From NCBI GenBank assembly GCA_041648595.1, contig JBAZOQ010000004.1, positions 1 through 59,156 on the forward strand: a stretch of DNA of 59,156 nt, read 5' to 3'. How positions within the stretch are numbered: position 1 is the stretch's first letter; every line of letters begins with the position of its first letter. The position numbers and the translations under genes are program-made. Below are positions 36,631 through 44,870 of this stretch, in pieces. This DNA is from Minisyncoccota bacterium (lineage in GTDB: Bacteria > Patescibacteriota > Minisyncoccia > Phycocordibacterales > UBA9973). Below the pieces are notes generated by a model. It saw only the letters and a list, made by a program, of their open reading frames with translations. It searched no databases and was not told the DNA's origin.

Positions 36631-37995
36631 ATGTCAGGTATTGCTAAAATAACATTTTGTGGGGGAGCAGGTTCGGTCACAGGAGCGAACTTTCTTTTTG
36701 AAATTGATGGTAAAAAAATTTTAGTTGATTGTGGTCTTACTCAAGGATTTGAAATAGCAGATGATGTCAACTGGGTACCATTTCCTTATAATTCAAAAGA
36801 AATAGATATTCTTTTTATTACTCATGCTCACATTGATCATATTGGTAGGATACCCAAGTTGATTTATGAAGGTTTCAATGGAAAGATTTATTCTACGAAA
36901 CCTACTCGCTCTCTTACTCTTCCAATGCTTGAGGATACTGCTGGTATTTTATCTAAAAATAGGGATTTTGACTTAGATAAAATATATAATGAAGAAAATA
37001 TAAAGAAGGCATTTTTACAATGGCTTTCTTTTGATTATCATGAAACGATAAAGATTACTGACAATCTGGAAGTATCTTTTAAAGATGCTGGACACATTTT
37101 GGGTTCAGCCATGATTGAGTTTGTTTATATGGGGAAGAAGATTCTTTTTACTGGTGATTTAGGTAATTCACCTTCACCACTCTTACCTCCCACTGAAAAA
37201 ATTACTGATGCTGATTATCTAATAATGGAAAGTGTTTATGGTGATAGGAATCATGAATCAAGAAATGATAGAAAAGTTCTTTTAGAAAGAGCGATTGAAG
37301 ATAATTACAAAAGAAAGGGAACTCTTATAATACCTACTTTTTCCCTTGAACGTTCACAAGAACTTTTATTTGAGCTTAATGATTTAGTTGAAAATAATCG
37401 TATACCAATAATGCCTATTTTTTTTGATTCTCCACTTGCTATTCGTTTAACTGAAATTTTTAAACAATTTAATAATTATTTTAACGAAGAAGCTCAGAAA
37501 GAATTATCGAAAGATAAATATTTATTTGATTTTCCAGGACTTCATTCTACATTACGCTCTGAAGAATCAAAAATGATTAATAGTGCACCTAATCCAAAGA
37601 TAATTATTGCTGGTTCAGGAATGTCCTCAGGTGGACGCATTGTACATCATGAAAAACATTATTTACCTGATCCCAAAAATACTATTTTACTTACTGGGTA
37701 TCAAGCAACTCATACTTTAGGTCGTATGATAGAAGAGGGTGTAAAAAAAGTACGAATTTCTGGAGAAGAAGTAATTGTTAGAGCTCATGTAGAAGTTATT
37801 TCAGGATATTCAGGTCATAAAGATAGTGATGGTTTATTTAGTTTTGTAGAAGATATGCAAGATAGAGTTAAAAAAGTTTTTGTAGTTATGGGTGAACCAA
37901 AGTCTTCTATGTTTTTAACTCAAAAGATAAGAGATAATTTAGGAATAGATGCATCGGCACCAATACAAGGAGATAGTGTTTTACTTTATTTTTAA
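36631..37995 (+). CDS. metallo-beta-lactamase / beta-CASP family ribonuclease
   Basis: THAHIDHIG, and beta-CASP architecture with a C-terminal H motif (SGHKD). Confidence 0.8.
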   Translation: MSGIAKITFCGGAGSVTGANFLFEIDGKKILVDCGLTQGFEIADDVNWVPFPYNSKEIDILFITHAHIDHIGRIPKLIYEGFNGKIYSTKPTRSLTLPMLEDTAGILSKNRDFDLDKIYNEENIKKAFLQWLSFDYHETIKITDNLEVSFKDAGHILGSAMIEFVYMGKKILFTGDLGNSPSPLLPPTEKITDADYLIMESVYGDRNHESRNDRKVLLERAIEDNYKRKGTLIIPTFSLERSQELLFELNDLVENNRIPIMPIFFDSPLAIRLTEIFKQFNNYFNEEAQKELSKDKYLFDFPGLHSTLRSEESKMINSAPNPKIIIAGSGMSSGGRIVHHEKHYLPDPKNTILLTGYQATHTLGRMIEEGVKKVRISGEEVIVRAHVEVISGYSGHKDSDGLFSFVEDMQDRVKKVFVVMGEPKSSMFLTQKIRDNLGIDASAPIQGDSVLLYF

Positions 37996-38013
37996 TAAAT
38001 ATATAATCAAATT

Positions 38014-38625
38014 ATGGAAATTAATTCGTTAAGTCCTTATAATAAGCATGGTCATAATCAAATAAAAATATGTATTTCTGGAGCAGCTGATACTAGTTTT
38101 TCTGGTCCAGATACATTGGATATAGCAAAAGAACTTGGACGAGAAGTTGCCCGACAGGGAGCAGTGCTAGTCACAGGAGCAACAACTGGTTTTCCATATT
38201 GGGCTGCTATGGGAGCTAAGGAAGAGGGTGGTATATCTATTGGTCTTTCTCCAGCAGCTTCTGAAAAAGAACACGTAGAGGTTTATAAACTTCCATTAGA
38301 TTATATGGATTTGATAATATATACTGGTTTTGGTTATCCAGGACGTGATATTCTTTTGACTCGTTCTTCGGATGCGGTTGTATTTGGTTGTGGACGTATT
38401 GGTACTATTCATGAATTTACTGTTGCTTTTGAAGATAATAAACCAATAGGTATTTTAAGAGGGCCATGGGAAATGAGTACAGAGTTAGAAGAGATAATTG
38501 AGAAAGGGCATCGCCCAAATGATAGGATAATTTTTGGTGATAACCCCAAAAAACTTATAGAAGATATTATTTTACTTACTAAAAAATTAAAGATAGATGA
38601 GCATAATAAAAAATCCCCTTTATAG
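38014..38625 (+). CDS. TIGR00725/LOG-like (SLOG) Rossmann-fold protein
   Basis: ISGAADT...VTGATTGFPYWAAMGAKEEGG..IGLSP. Confidence 0.6.
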   Translation: MEINSLSPYNKHGHNQIKICISGAADTSFSGPDTLDIAKELGREVARQGAVLVTGATTGFPYWAAMGAKEEGGISIGLSPAASEKEHVEVYKLPLDYMDLIIYTGFGYPGRDILLTRSSDAVVFGCGRIGTIHEFTVAFEDNKPIGILRGPWEMSTELEEIIEKGHRPNDRIIFGDNPKKLIEDIILLTKKLKIDEHNKKSPL

Positions 38626-38636
38626 GGGATTTTTTA
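38607..38636. terminator. bidirectional terminator between convergent genes
   Basis: aaaaatcccct-ttat-aggggatttttt. Confidence 0.6.
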
Positions 38637-38981
38637 TTATGAAAGACTTTTTAAAATTTTAGCAAAAATTAATGGATTATTTTCTGCTAGGTCAGATAAA
38701 ATTTTTCTATCTAATAACATATTTTTCTTTTTGAGTGCTCCGATAAGTTTAGAATAAGACATACCGAGTTCACGTGCACCAGCATTTATTTTTATATTCC
38801 AAAGTTTTCTATTATGTGATTTTTTATCTTTTCTGTGAGCAAAAGAATAATTTCCAGAGTGCAATAATGCTTCTTTGGCTTGACGTTCTTTTGTACTCCT
38901 ACCGTGTCTAAAACCTTTCGTTTGTTTTAATACACTTCTTCTTCTTTTTAACGCATGTACTCCTTTTTTTACTCTGGTCAT
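38637..38981 (-). CDS. rplT: 50S ribosomal protein L20
   Basis: MTRVKKGVHALKRRR... Confidence 0.95.
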   Translation of the reverse strand: MTRVKKGVHALKRRRSVLKQTKGFRHGRSTKERQAKEALLHSGNYSFAHRKDKKSHNRKLWNIKINAGARELGMSYSKLIGALKKKNMLLDRKILSDLAENNPLIFAKILKSLS

Positions 38982-39053
38982 TGCTTAGCTTTTAGCTTTT
39001 AGTTTTTAGCTTTTAGGAATTTCTAACACCTATCAGCTAACAGCTATAAGCTG
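38982..39053 (-). repeat. heptad-periodic imperfect hairpin (CTAAAAG x4 arm on the transcribed strand) between rpmI and rplT
   Basis: Plus strand: gcttagc ttttagc ttttagt ttttagc ttttagg ... taacacc tatcagc taacagc tataagc. Same architecture as 13735-13800. Confidence 0.75.
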
Positions 39054-39248
39054 TTATGTAAATGGTAATAAATGACTTTTAGGTTTATTTTTAATTAAAA
39101 AACTTTGACCCTTTTTTCCAGCTAATTGTTTATTTCGTGATTGTTTAGCATTAAAATGATTAAAACCTGGTTTATTAGAAATGACCTTTCCATTTTTTGT
39201 AAGTTTTAATCTTTTTGAATATGATTTATTTGTTTTCATTCCTTTCAT
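39054..39248 (-). CDS. rpmI: 50S ribosomal protein L35
   Basis: KTNKSYSKRLKLTKNGKV. Confidence 0.9.
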   Translation of the reverse strand: MKGMKTNKSYSKRLKLTKNGKVISNKPGFNHFNAKQSRNKQLAGKKGQSFLIKNKPKSHLLPFT

Positions 39249-39262
39249 AAATTTATGTGGCG

Positions 39263-39772
39263 TTAAGCTCGTAGTTTTTCTATTGTTATAAATAATCCTT
39301 TAGGGTTTCTTTTGTATGAATCAGATACTTTATAATCTTCTGTAATTAAGTGAAGTACTCTATCTAGTCGTTCTCTTAAAAATTTTTCATCCATGTATTT
39401 TGTGCGTCCAGCAAGAAAGAGTTCAACTTTAATTCTATGTCCTTCTTTTAGCCATTTTGAAGCAGTTTTTGCTTTAAGTGCTAGGTCATGGTCTCCAGTT
39501 CCTATTTTTATTTGAATTGATTTTGTTTCTGTTGGCTTAGAATTTGCTCTAGCTCTTTTTAATTTTTTGCTTAACTCATATTGGTATTTACCAAAATTCA
39601 TTATCTTACCAATTGGGGGAAGCGTATTTGGAGATACTTCAATTAGATCTAGTCCCTTACTTTGAGCTAGTTCTAGTGCATCTTTTATACTTAAAACACC
39701 TAGATTTTTCCCTTCATTGTCTAAAATACGAAGTTCTTTTGCCCGTATTTGGTTGTTTATTCTTTCACGCAA
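39263..39772 (-). CDS. infC: translation initiation factor IF-3 (TTG start)
   Basis: INNQIRAKELRILDNEG...; the codon at 39770-39772 is TTG. Confidence 0.93.
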   Translation of the reverse strand: MRERINNQIRAKELRILDNEGKNLGVLSIKDALELAQSKGLDLIEVSPNTLPPIGKIMNFGKYQYELSKKLKRARANSKPTETKSIQIKIGTGDHDLALKAKTASKWLKEGHRIKVELFLAGRTKYMDEKFLRERLDRVLHLITEDYKVSDSYKRNPKGLFITIEKLRA

Positions 39773-39811
39773 TTGGATATATATAATACTTTAAGATAAC
39801 AAGAGTTTAGC

Positions 39812-41132
39812 TTATTTATCGTTTAAAGTCAACTTTGTTTCGTTAAATAAGGCCTCTATAGATTCTTTACTTTTTGCTTCACCAAATAGGCGTATTATTG
39901 GTTCTGTATTAGAGGGTCTTAGATGAAGCCAAGAACCATCAGGTAAATCAAGACGCAAACCATCTTGTTCATCTAGTTTTGCATTATTAAAGTGAGTTTT
40001 TAATTTTTTATATATATCATTTAAATCTTTTCCTATTATTGACCACTTATCTTTTTTCATAAAGTATTTTGGTAATGTTGCGATACATTCGCTTACTGTC
40101 TGTTTTCTTTCTGCTAAAAGTTCTAATATTAAAGAAAGGCTAGTGAAGCTATCACGAACTGTATTTATAGTAGGGTATATTACACCTCCATTTCCTTCAC
40201 CTCCGATTATTGCGTTACAATAAAGCATTTTTTCAACTACATAGCCTTCTCCAATTTTTGAACGAAAACATTCACTATTATATTTTTTGGCTATATCAGC
40301 ACTCATTTGAGATGTTGATAAATTTATTACTATTGGTTTGCCAGGATTTTTTGATAAAATATTTTCTATCCCTAAAGCTACTGGGTATTCTTCTGAAATT
40401 ACCTCTCCATTTTCGTTTACGATTACTAATCTGTCAGCATCAGGATCATGGACAAAACCGAGATCAGCTTTTACTTCTTTTACCATTTTTTCAATATCAC
40501 CTAGATTTTCTTTAAGAGGTTCTGGTTTATGGGTAAATTTACCATTTGGAACATTATTTATTGGTATGAATTCTACTCCTAATTTTTCTAAAAGATAAGG
40601 ATCCATTACACAAGCAGAAGCATTTATCATATCTACAACTATTTTAAATTTTCTAGCACGAATTGCTTCTACATTAACATTAGCTAAAATTTTATCTGCA
40701 TGTTCTTTTGTGAAATTAGGAATGGTCATAATATTTATTTATTTTTTCTACTTCTTTTTCGATAGTAAAAAGTGCTTTGTTGTTAACAAATTTTAGACCG
40801 TTGTATTCTATTGGATTATGAGAAGCAGTTATTATTATTGCACCATCATATTTGTGCTTGCGAACAGAAAATAAAACTGTTGGTGTCGGCATTATATCTC
40901 CATCAATAATATTAACTCCAATATTTGTTAATTCTCTAATAATTATTTTTCTAATTTCGGGGCCACTTTCTCGTCCATCTCTTCCGATTAAAATAGTTGG
41001 GTTTTCTTTTTTTGTTTCTTTTTTCGTGAAAAGAGCAAAAGCACGAGTATATTTTGTTATGATCTCATCATTTAAAGTTTCTCTCCATATTCCTCTATAT
41101 CCAGAAACATTTAATTCAGGTTTTAATGGCAT
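39812..41132 (-). pseudogene. phosphohexomutase (phosphoglucosamine/phosphomannomutase) split by a frameshift
   Basis: The N-terminal ORF 40716-41132 carries the active-site motif TASHNP. The C-terminal ORF 39812-40729 carries domains II-IV. They overlap by 14 nt in different frames. Confidence 0.7.
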
Positions 41133-41207
41133 GTTTATATTTTAGCACAAAAATTTTTCTTTTTGAAAAGACTTTTTATTGATTGTTTCAAATGTTAGTA
41201 TATAAAT

Positions 41208-41654
41208 ATGGCTCATTATGCTGAAAACCGAAAAGTTTATTTTAATTATGAAATTTTAGAAAAATATGAAGCAGGTATTGAGCTTTTAGGCGTGGAGGTT
41301 AAATCTGTTAGAAATGGGAGAATGTTATTAGAAGGAGCCTTTGTCGTTGTTAGAGGAGGGGAAGTATTTTTAATTAATTCAAATGTTTCTGCCTTTCAAG
41401 TAAATAATACAGCAAAAGATTATGACCCACTTCGTAATAAAAAACTTTTACTTACTAAAAAAGAAATAGACAAACTTGCTGATAGTGAGAAAAATAAGAG
41501 TTTGACAATAGTGCCAATTTCAGTGTATAATAAAGGTAGAAAAATTAAAGTAGAAATTGCTTTAGTAAAAGGAAAGAAAAAAATAGATAAACGTGAAACT
41601 ATAAAAAAACGTGAAACTGATCGCGAGATTAGAAGAGAATACAAAGATCATTGA
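41208..41654 (+). CDS. smpB: SsrA-binding protein SmpB
   Basis: NRKVYFNYEILEKYEAGIELLGVEVKS. Confidence 0.95.
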   Translation: MAHYAENRKVYFNYEILEKYEAGIELLGVEVKSVRNGRMLLEGAFVVVRGGEVFLINSNVSAFQVNNTAKDYDPLRNKKLLLTKKEIDKLADSEKNKSLTIVPISVYNKGRKIKVEIALVKGKKKIDKRETIKKRETDREIRREYKDH

Positions 41655-41722
41655 CAATAGGAAACAAGATTTGCCCATTCGACTCACTACGTTCACTCAG
41701 GGCAATTTTGCTTCGCAAAATT

Positions 41723-42122
41723 GGGGATGCAAGGCATAGACAGTAAGTTTCTTTGTAAAAATGCATGTCGAGAACGGACGTAATCTCGTTAAAATTCGTT
41801 TAAATGTTAATTGCAAAATTGACTTCTAAAGTAAAAGCAGCAGTCTCTCCATACTTCGGTATGAATGACTTTGCTTTTGCTCCAGCTTTCGCGTAAGCGC
41901 AGGTTGGTGTCTCTCTTATAGACTTCCGATATATAAGAGTAAGGCATAATATTATCGGGATAGGGGAAAGTGGGTCCTGACTTTCTTAGAAAATTTAAGG
42001 GAATCGATTGAAAAATATTTTACTCATTTAAGAATTTTTTAATTTAAAACAAAAAATGAGTTACACATGTAGACTTTTTTGCAAAAACTTTCTGCACCGG
42101 GGTTCAATTCCCCGCATCTCCA
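41723..42122 (+). ncRNA. ssrA: tmRNA (SsrA)
   Basis: 5' GGGGATG pairs with 3' CATCTCC, including the G3:U pair. T-arm is ccggggttcaattccccg. The tag frame ends ...NDFAFAPAFA-TAA (stop 41894-41896). It lies directly after smpB. Confidence 0.85.
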
Positions 42123-42205
42123 CAAAATTTAGTATTTGTTTTTATTTTTTATTATGGTATTCTTGTATAAATTTGGTTTTTTAAATAAATATAGGAGAAA
42201 ATCTA

Positions 42206-42580
42206 ATGAAAGAGGTAAGAGTATTATTAGTAGACAAGGATGAGTGTTCTGTTTTTTTTGTAACTCATCTTCTTAAGAAGAATGGTTTTGATGATTTGGT
42301 TGTTGTTAACAATGGGTTCGATGCACTTAATCAGATTAAAAATCAACAATTTGATCTGATTTTAACTGAATTGATGGTGCCTGGTATTGGTGGTTTTGAA
42401 CTAATTAAGCAAGTTCGATTAATACCTGAATATAAAAATACCACTATTATTACAATTACGACCCTTAGTCATCATAGAGAAGAATGTTTTAAGGTTGGTG
42501 CAACAGATTTTATTATTAAACCAATTTTTAATTCTCTCGAATTTATTAGAAGAATAAAAACACATATTGGTGTTTTTTAA
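42206..42580 (+). CDS. stand-alone receiver-domain protein with Glu at the phospho-acceptor position
   Basis: CheY-like fold. DLILTELMVPG aligns with the usual DxxxxDxxMPxxxG motif. Conserved T and K are present. SD AGGAG lies upstream. Confidence 0.7.
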   Translation: MKEVRVLLVDKDECSVFFVTHLLKKNGFDDLVVVNNGFDALNQIKNQQFDLILTELMVPGIGGFELIKQVRLIPEYKNTTIITITTLSHHREECFKVGATDFIIKPIFNSLEFIRRIKTHIGVF

Positions 42581-42615
42581 TCCGTACGGCATACTTGTCG
42601 TGCGGATTTTTATTT
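42580..42615 (+). terminator. intrinsic terminator
   Basis: atccgtacg...cgtgcggat, a 9-bp stem plus a T-run. Confidence 0.6.
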
Positions 42616-42643
42616 TTGTATTTTTTGTGCTATTATCTAACAT

Positions 42644-44569
42644 ATGGATTTTAATTTTTTAAATCAAAAAGAACCAAAAAGTAAAGGTAAAAAGAAAAAA
42701 GAGACTCCTAAGTTTTCAGGGAGTATTCTCGGGGCTATTTTGATTTTTATGACTATTACAGCTCTTTATTTAGTAATTTCTGGTACCCCAAAAAATGTAG
42801 TGGAAATATCAATTTCTGAATTGGCAAAAAGTGTCACAGCAGGAGAAGTTAAGAATATTTTAGTTGAAGGAGAAAAATTAACTATTACATACAAAGATGA
42901 TACAATAAAAAGTTCTAAAAAAGAGATAGAGTCTTCTCTTTCGCAAACTCTTTTTAACTATGGTGTAAAACCAGAATCTTTAGCTCTTACAAACATAGAA
43001 GTAAAAAATGAGAGTGGTTTTGGATATTGGTTTATGAACTTAGCTCCTATTTTGATACCAATTATTTTTATAATATTTTTCTTTTGGTATATTTCACGTC
43101 AAGTGAAAGGAGCAGGTATGCAAGCATTTTCTTTTGGTCAATCTAAAGCTCGTATCACCGATCCTAATGACAAAAATAATAAAGTAACTTTTAAAGATGT
43201 TGCTGGATGTAAAGAAGCGAAAGAAGAATTAAAAGAAATTGTTGATTTTTTGAAAAATCCTAAAAAGTTTTTAGATATAGGAGCAAGAATTCCTAAGGGG
43301 GTTATTTTAACTGGTGCTCCAGGTACAGGTAAGACATTGTTGGCACGAGCCGTAGCAGGGGAAGCAAGCGTACCATTTTTTCATTTATCAGGATCAGAAT
43401 TTGTAGAAATGTTCGTTGGTGTAGGCGCATCTCGTGTTCGAGACCTTTTTAAGATGGCTAAAAAAGCAGCACCAGCCATTATATTTATGGATGAGATAGA
43501 TGCCATAGGACGTACTAGAGGAGGTGGATTTGGAGGAGGTAATGATGAAAGAGAACAAACATTAAACCAAATTTTAGTTGAAATGGATGGTTTTGAGCCT
43601 AATGAGAAGGTAATTGTTATGGCAGCTACAAATAGACCAGACGTTCTTGATCCAGCATTAATTCGTCCAGGACGATTTGATAGAAAAGTTATACTTGATT
43701 TACCAGATCGTATTGACCGCGAAGAGATTTTAAATATTCATGCATTAATGAAACCATTAGCAGAAGATATTAATTTAAAATTAATTGCGGAAAGAACTCC
43801 TGGTTTTTCTGGAGCAGATTTATATTCACTAATGAATGAGGGAGCAATACTTGCAGCACGTGAGAATCGTAAAAAAGTTTTTCAATTTGATTTGATTCGT
43901 GCTATTGAAAAAGTGATGCTTGGGCCTGAAAGAAAAAGTCACTTACTTTCTAAAAAAGAAAAAGAAATTACTGCGTATCATGAAGCAGGGCATGCACTTG
44001 TAGCATCTGTGCTTCCTTATGCTGATCCAGTTCACAAAGTATCTATAATAGCTCGTGGAAATGCTGGTGGATATACATTAAAACTTCCTCTTGAAGAAAG
44101 AAGATTACAATCTAAAAAAGAATTTATAGATGATATTGCTATGTCTTTGGGTGGATATGTTGCTGAGAAAATGATATTTGGAGACATTACTACTGGTCCA
44201 TCAAGTGATTTACAGGTAGCTACAAATCTTGCTCGTGCTATGGTAACGAGATGGGGAATGTCTGATGTTATTGGTCCTGTCACGTTTGGGAACGATGGTG
44301 GTAAATTAAATTGGGGTGAAACGAGAGAGGATGCATATTCTGAAACAATTTCTACAAAAATTGATTCTGAAGTTTCAAGAATTATAAATGATGGAATAAA
44401 GTCTGCGGAAAAAGTTTTGACAGAACATAAGAAAGCTCTAGATGCGATAGCAAACAAACTCATAGAAGTTGAAACGTTGGAACAAGAAGAATACAACAAA
44501 ATAATAATTGCCAATGGAATAATGCCGAAAAAGATAGACGGGGAAGCGAAGTTGGAAATAAAAAGTTAA
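42644..44569 (+). CDS. ftsH: ATP-dependent zinc metalloprotease FtsH
   Basis: [16 protein letters not shown] region, HEAGH. Confidence 0.97.
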   Translation: MDFNFLNQKEPKSKGKKKKETPKFSGSILGAILIFMTITALYLVISGTPKNVVEISISELAKSVTAGEVKNILVEGEKLTITYKDDTIKSSKKEIESSLSQTLFNYGVKPESLALTNIEVKNESGFGYWFMNLAPILIPIIFIIFFFWYISRQVKGAGMQAFSFGQSKARITDPNDKNNKVTFKDVAGCKEAKEELKEIVDFLKNPKKFLDIGARIPKGVILTGAPGTGKTLLARAVAGEASVPFFHLSGSEFVEMFVGVGASRVRDLFKMAKKAAPAIIFMDEIDAIGRTRGGGFGGGNDEREQTLNQILVEMDGFEPNEKVIVMAATNRPDVLDPALIRPGRFDRKVILDLPDRIDREEILNIHALMKPLAEDINLKLIAERTPGFSGADLYSLMNEGAILAARENRKKVFQFDLIRAIEKVMLGPERKSHLLSKKEKEITAYHEAGHALVASVLPYADPVHKVSIIARGNAGGYTLKLPLEERRLQSKKEFIDDIAMSLGGYVAEKMIFGDITTGPSSDLQVATNLARAMVTRWGMSDVIGPVTFGNDGGKLNWGETREDAYSETISTKIDSEVSRIINDGIKSAEKVLTEHKKALDAIANKLIEVETLEQEEYNKIIIANGIMPKKIDGEAKLEIKS

Positions 44570-44618
44570 TATATAAGTATATTGTTTTTATTTAAGAAGT
44601 AATATAGTGTATTTATAT

Positions 44619-44691
44619 CCGCCCTTAGCTCAGTTGGTAGAGCAGACGACTTATACTCGTCGTGTCCTAGGTTCGAGTCCTAGAGGGCGGA
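44619..44691 (+). tRNA. tRNA-Ile, anticodon UAU
   Basis: Hand-folded cloverleaf: acceptor CCGCCCT/AGGGCGG, D arm GCTC-AGTTGGTA-GAGC, anticodon arm GACGA-CTTATAC-TCGTC, T arm CTAGG-TTCGAGT-CCTAG. No encoded CCA. Confidence 0.85.
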
Positions 44692-44737
44692 CAAGACGAA
44701 ACTTCAGCGAAAAAATCAATTGCGTTAAAATTAAAAT

Positions 44738-44780
44738 AATTACTGGAATATTTGTCTTAAGAATAGGGTATCTTGCAATG
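44738..44780 (+). repeat. 43-nt tRNA-proximal repeat, copy A
   Basis: About 36 of 44 positions match the reverse complement of 59047-59089; shared core ttgtcttaagaat. Confidence 0.6.
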
Positions 44781-44794
44781 GGTGGCGGGCGAGG
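44778..44794. repeat. GC box ATGGGTGGCGGGCGAGG (left boundary of the R-M island)
   Basis: Exact reverse complement at 53680-53696; near-copy at 53742-53757. Confidence 0.8.
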
Positions 44795-44870
44795 GAGACC
44801 TTTTTAGCATAACATAGTACTTAACACATGTTAAGTTGTTTTTTTATAAGGAGTATGCTATACTTATAGT

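Noticed and set aside
44607-44807. 66-aa ORF starting upstream of tRNA-Ile.
   Set aside because: It reads straight through the tRNA gene and the GC box. It is an artefact of stop-poor GC-rich sequence.
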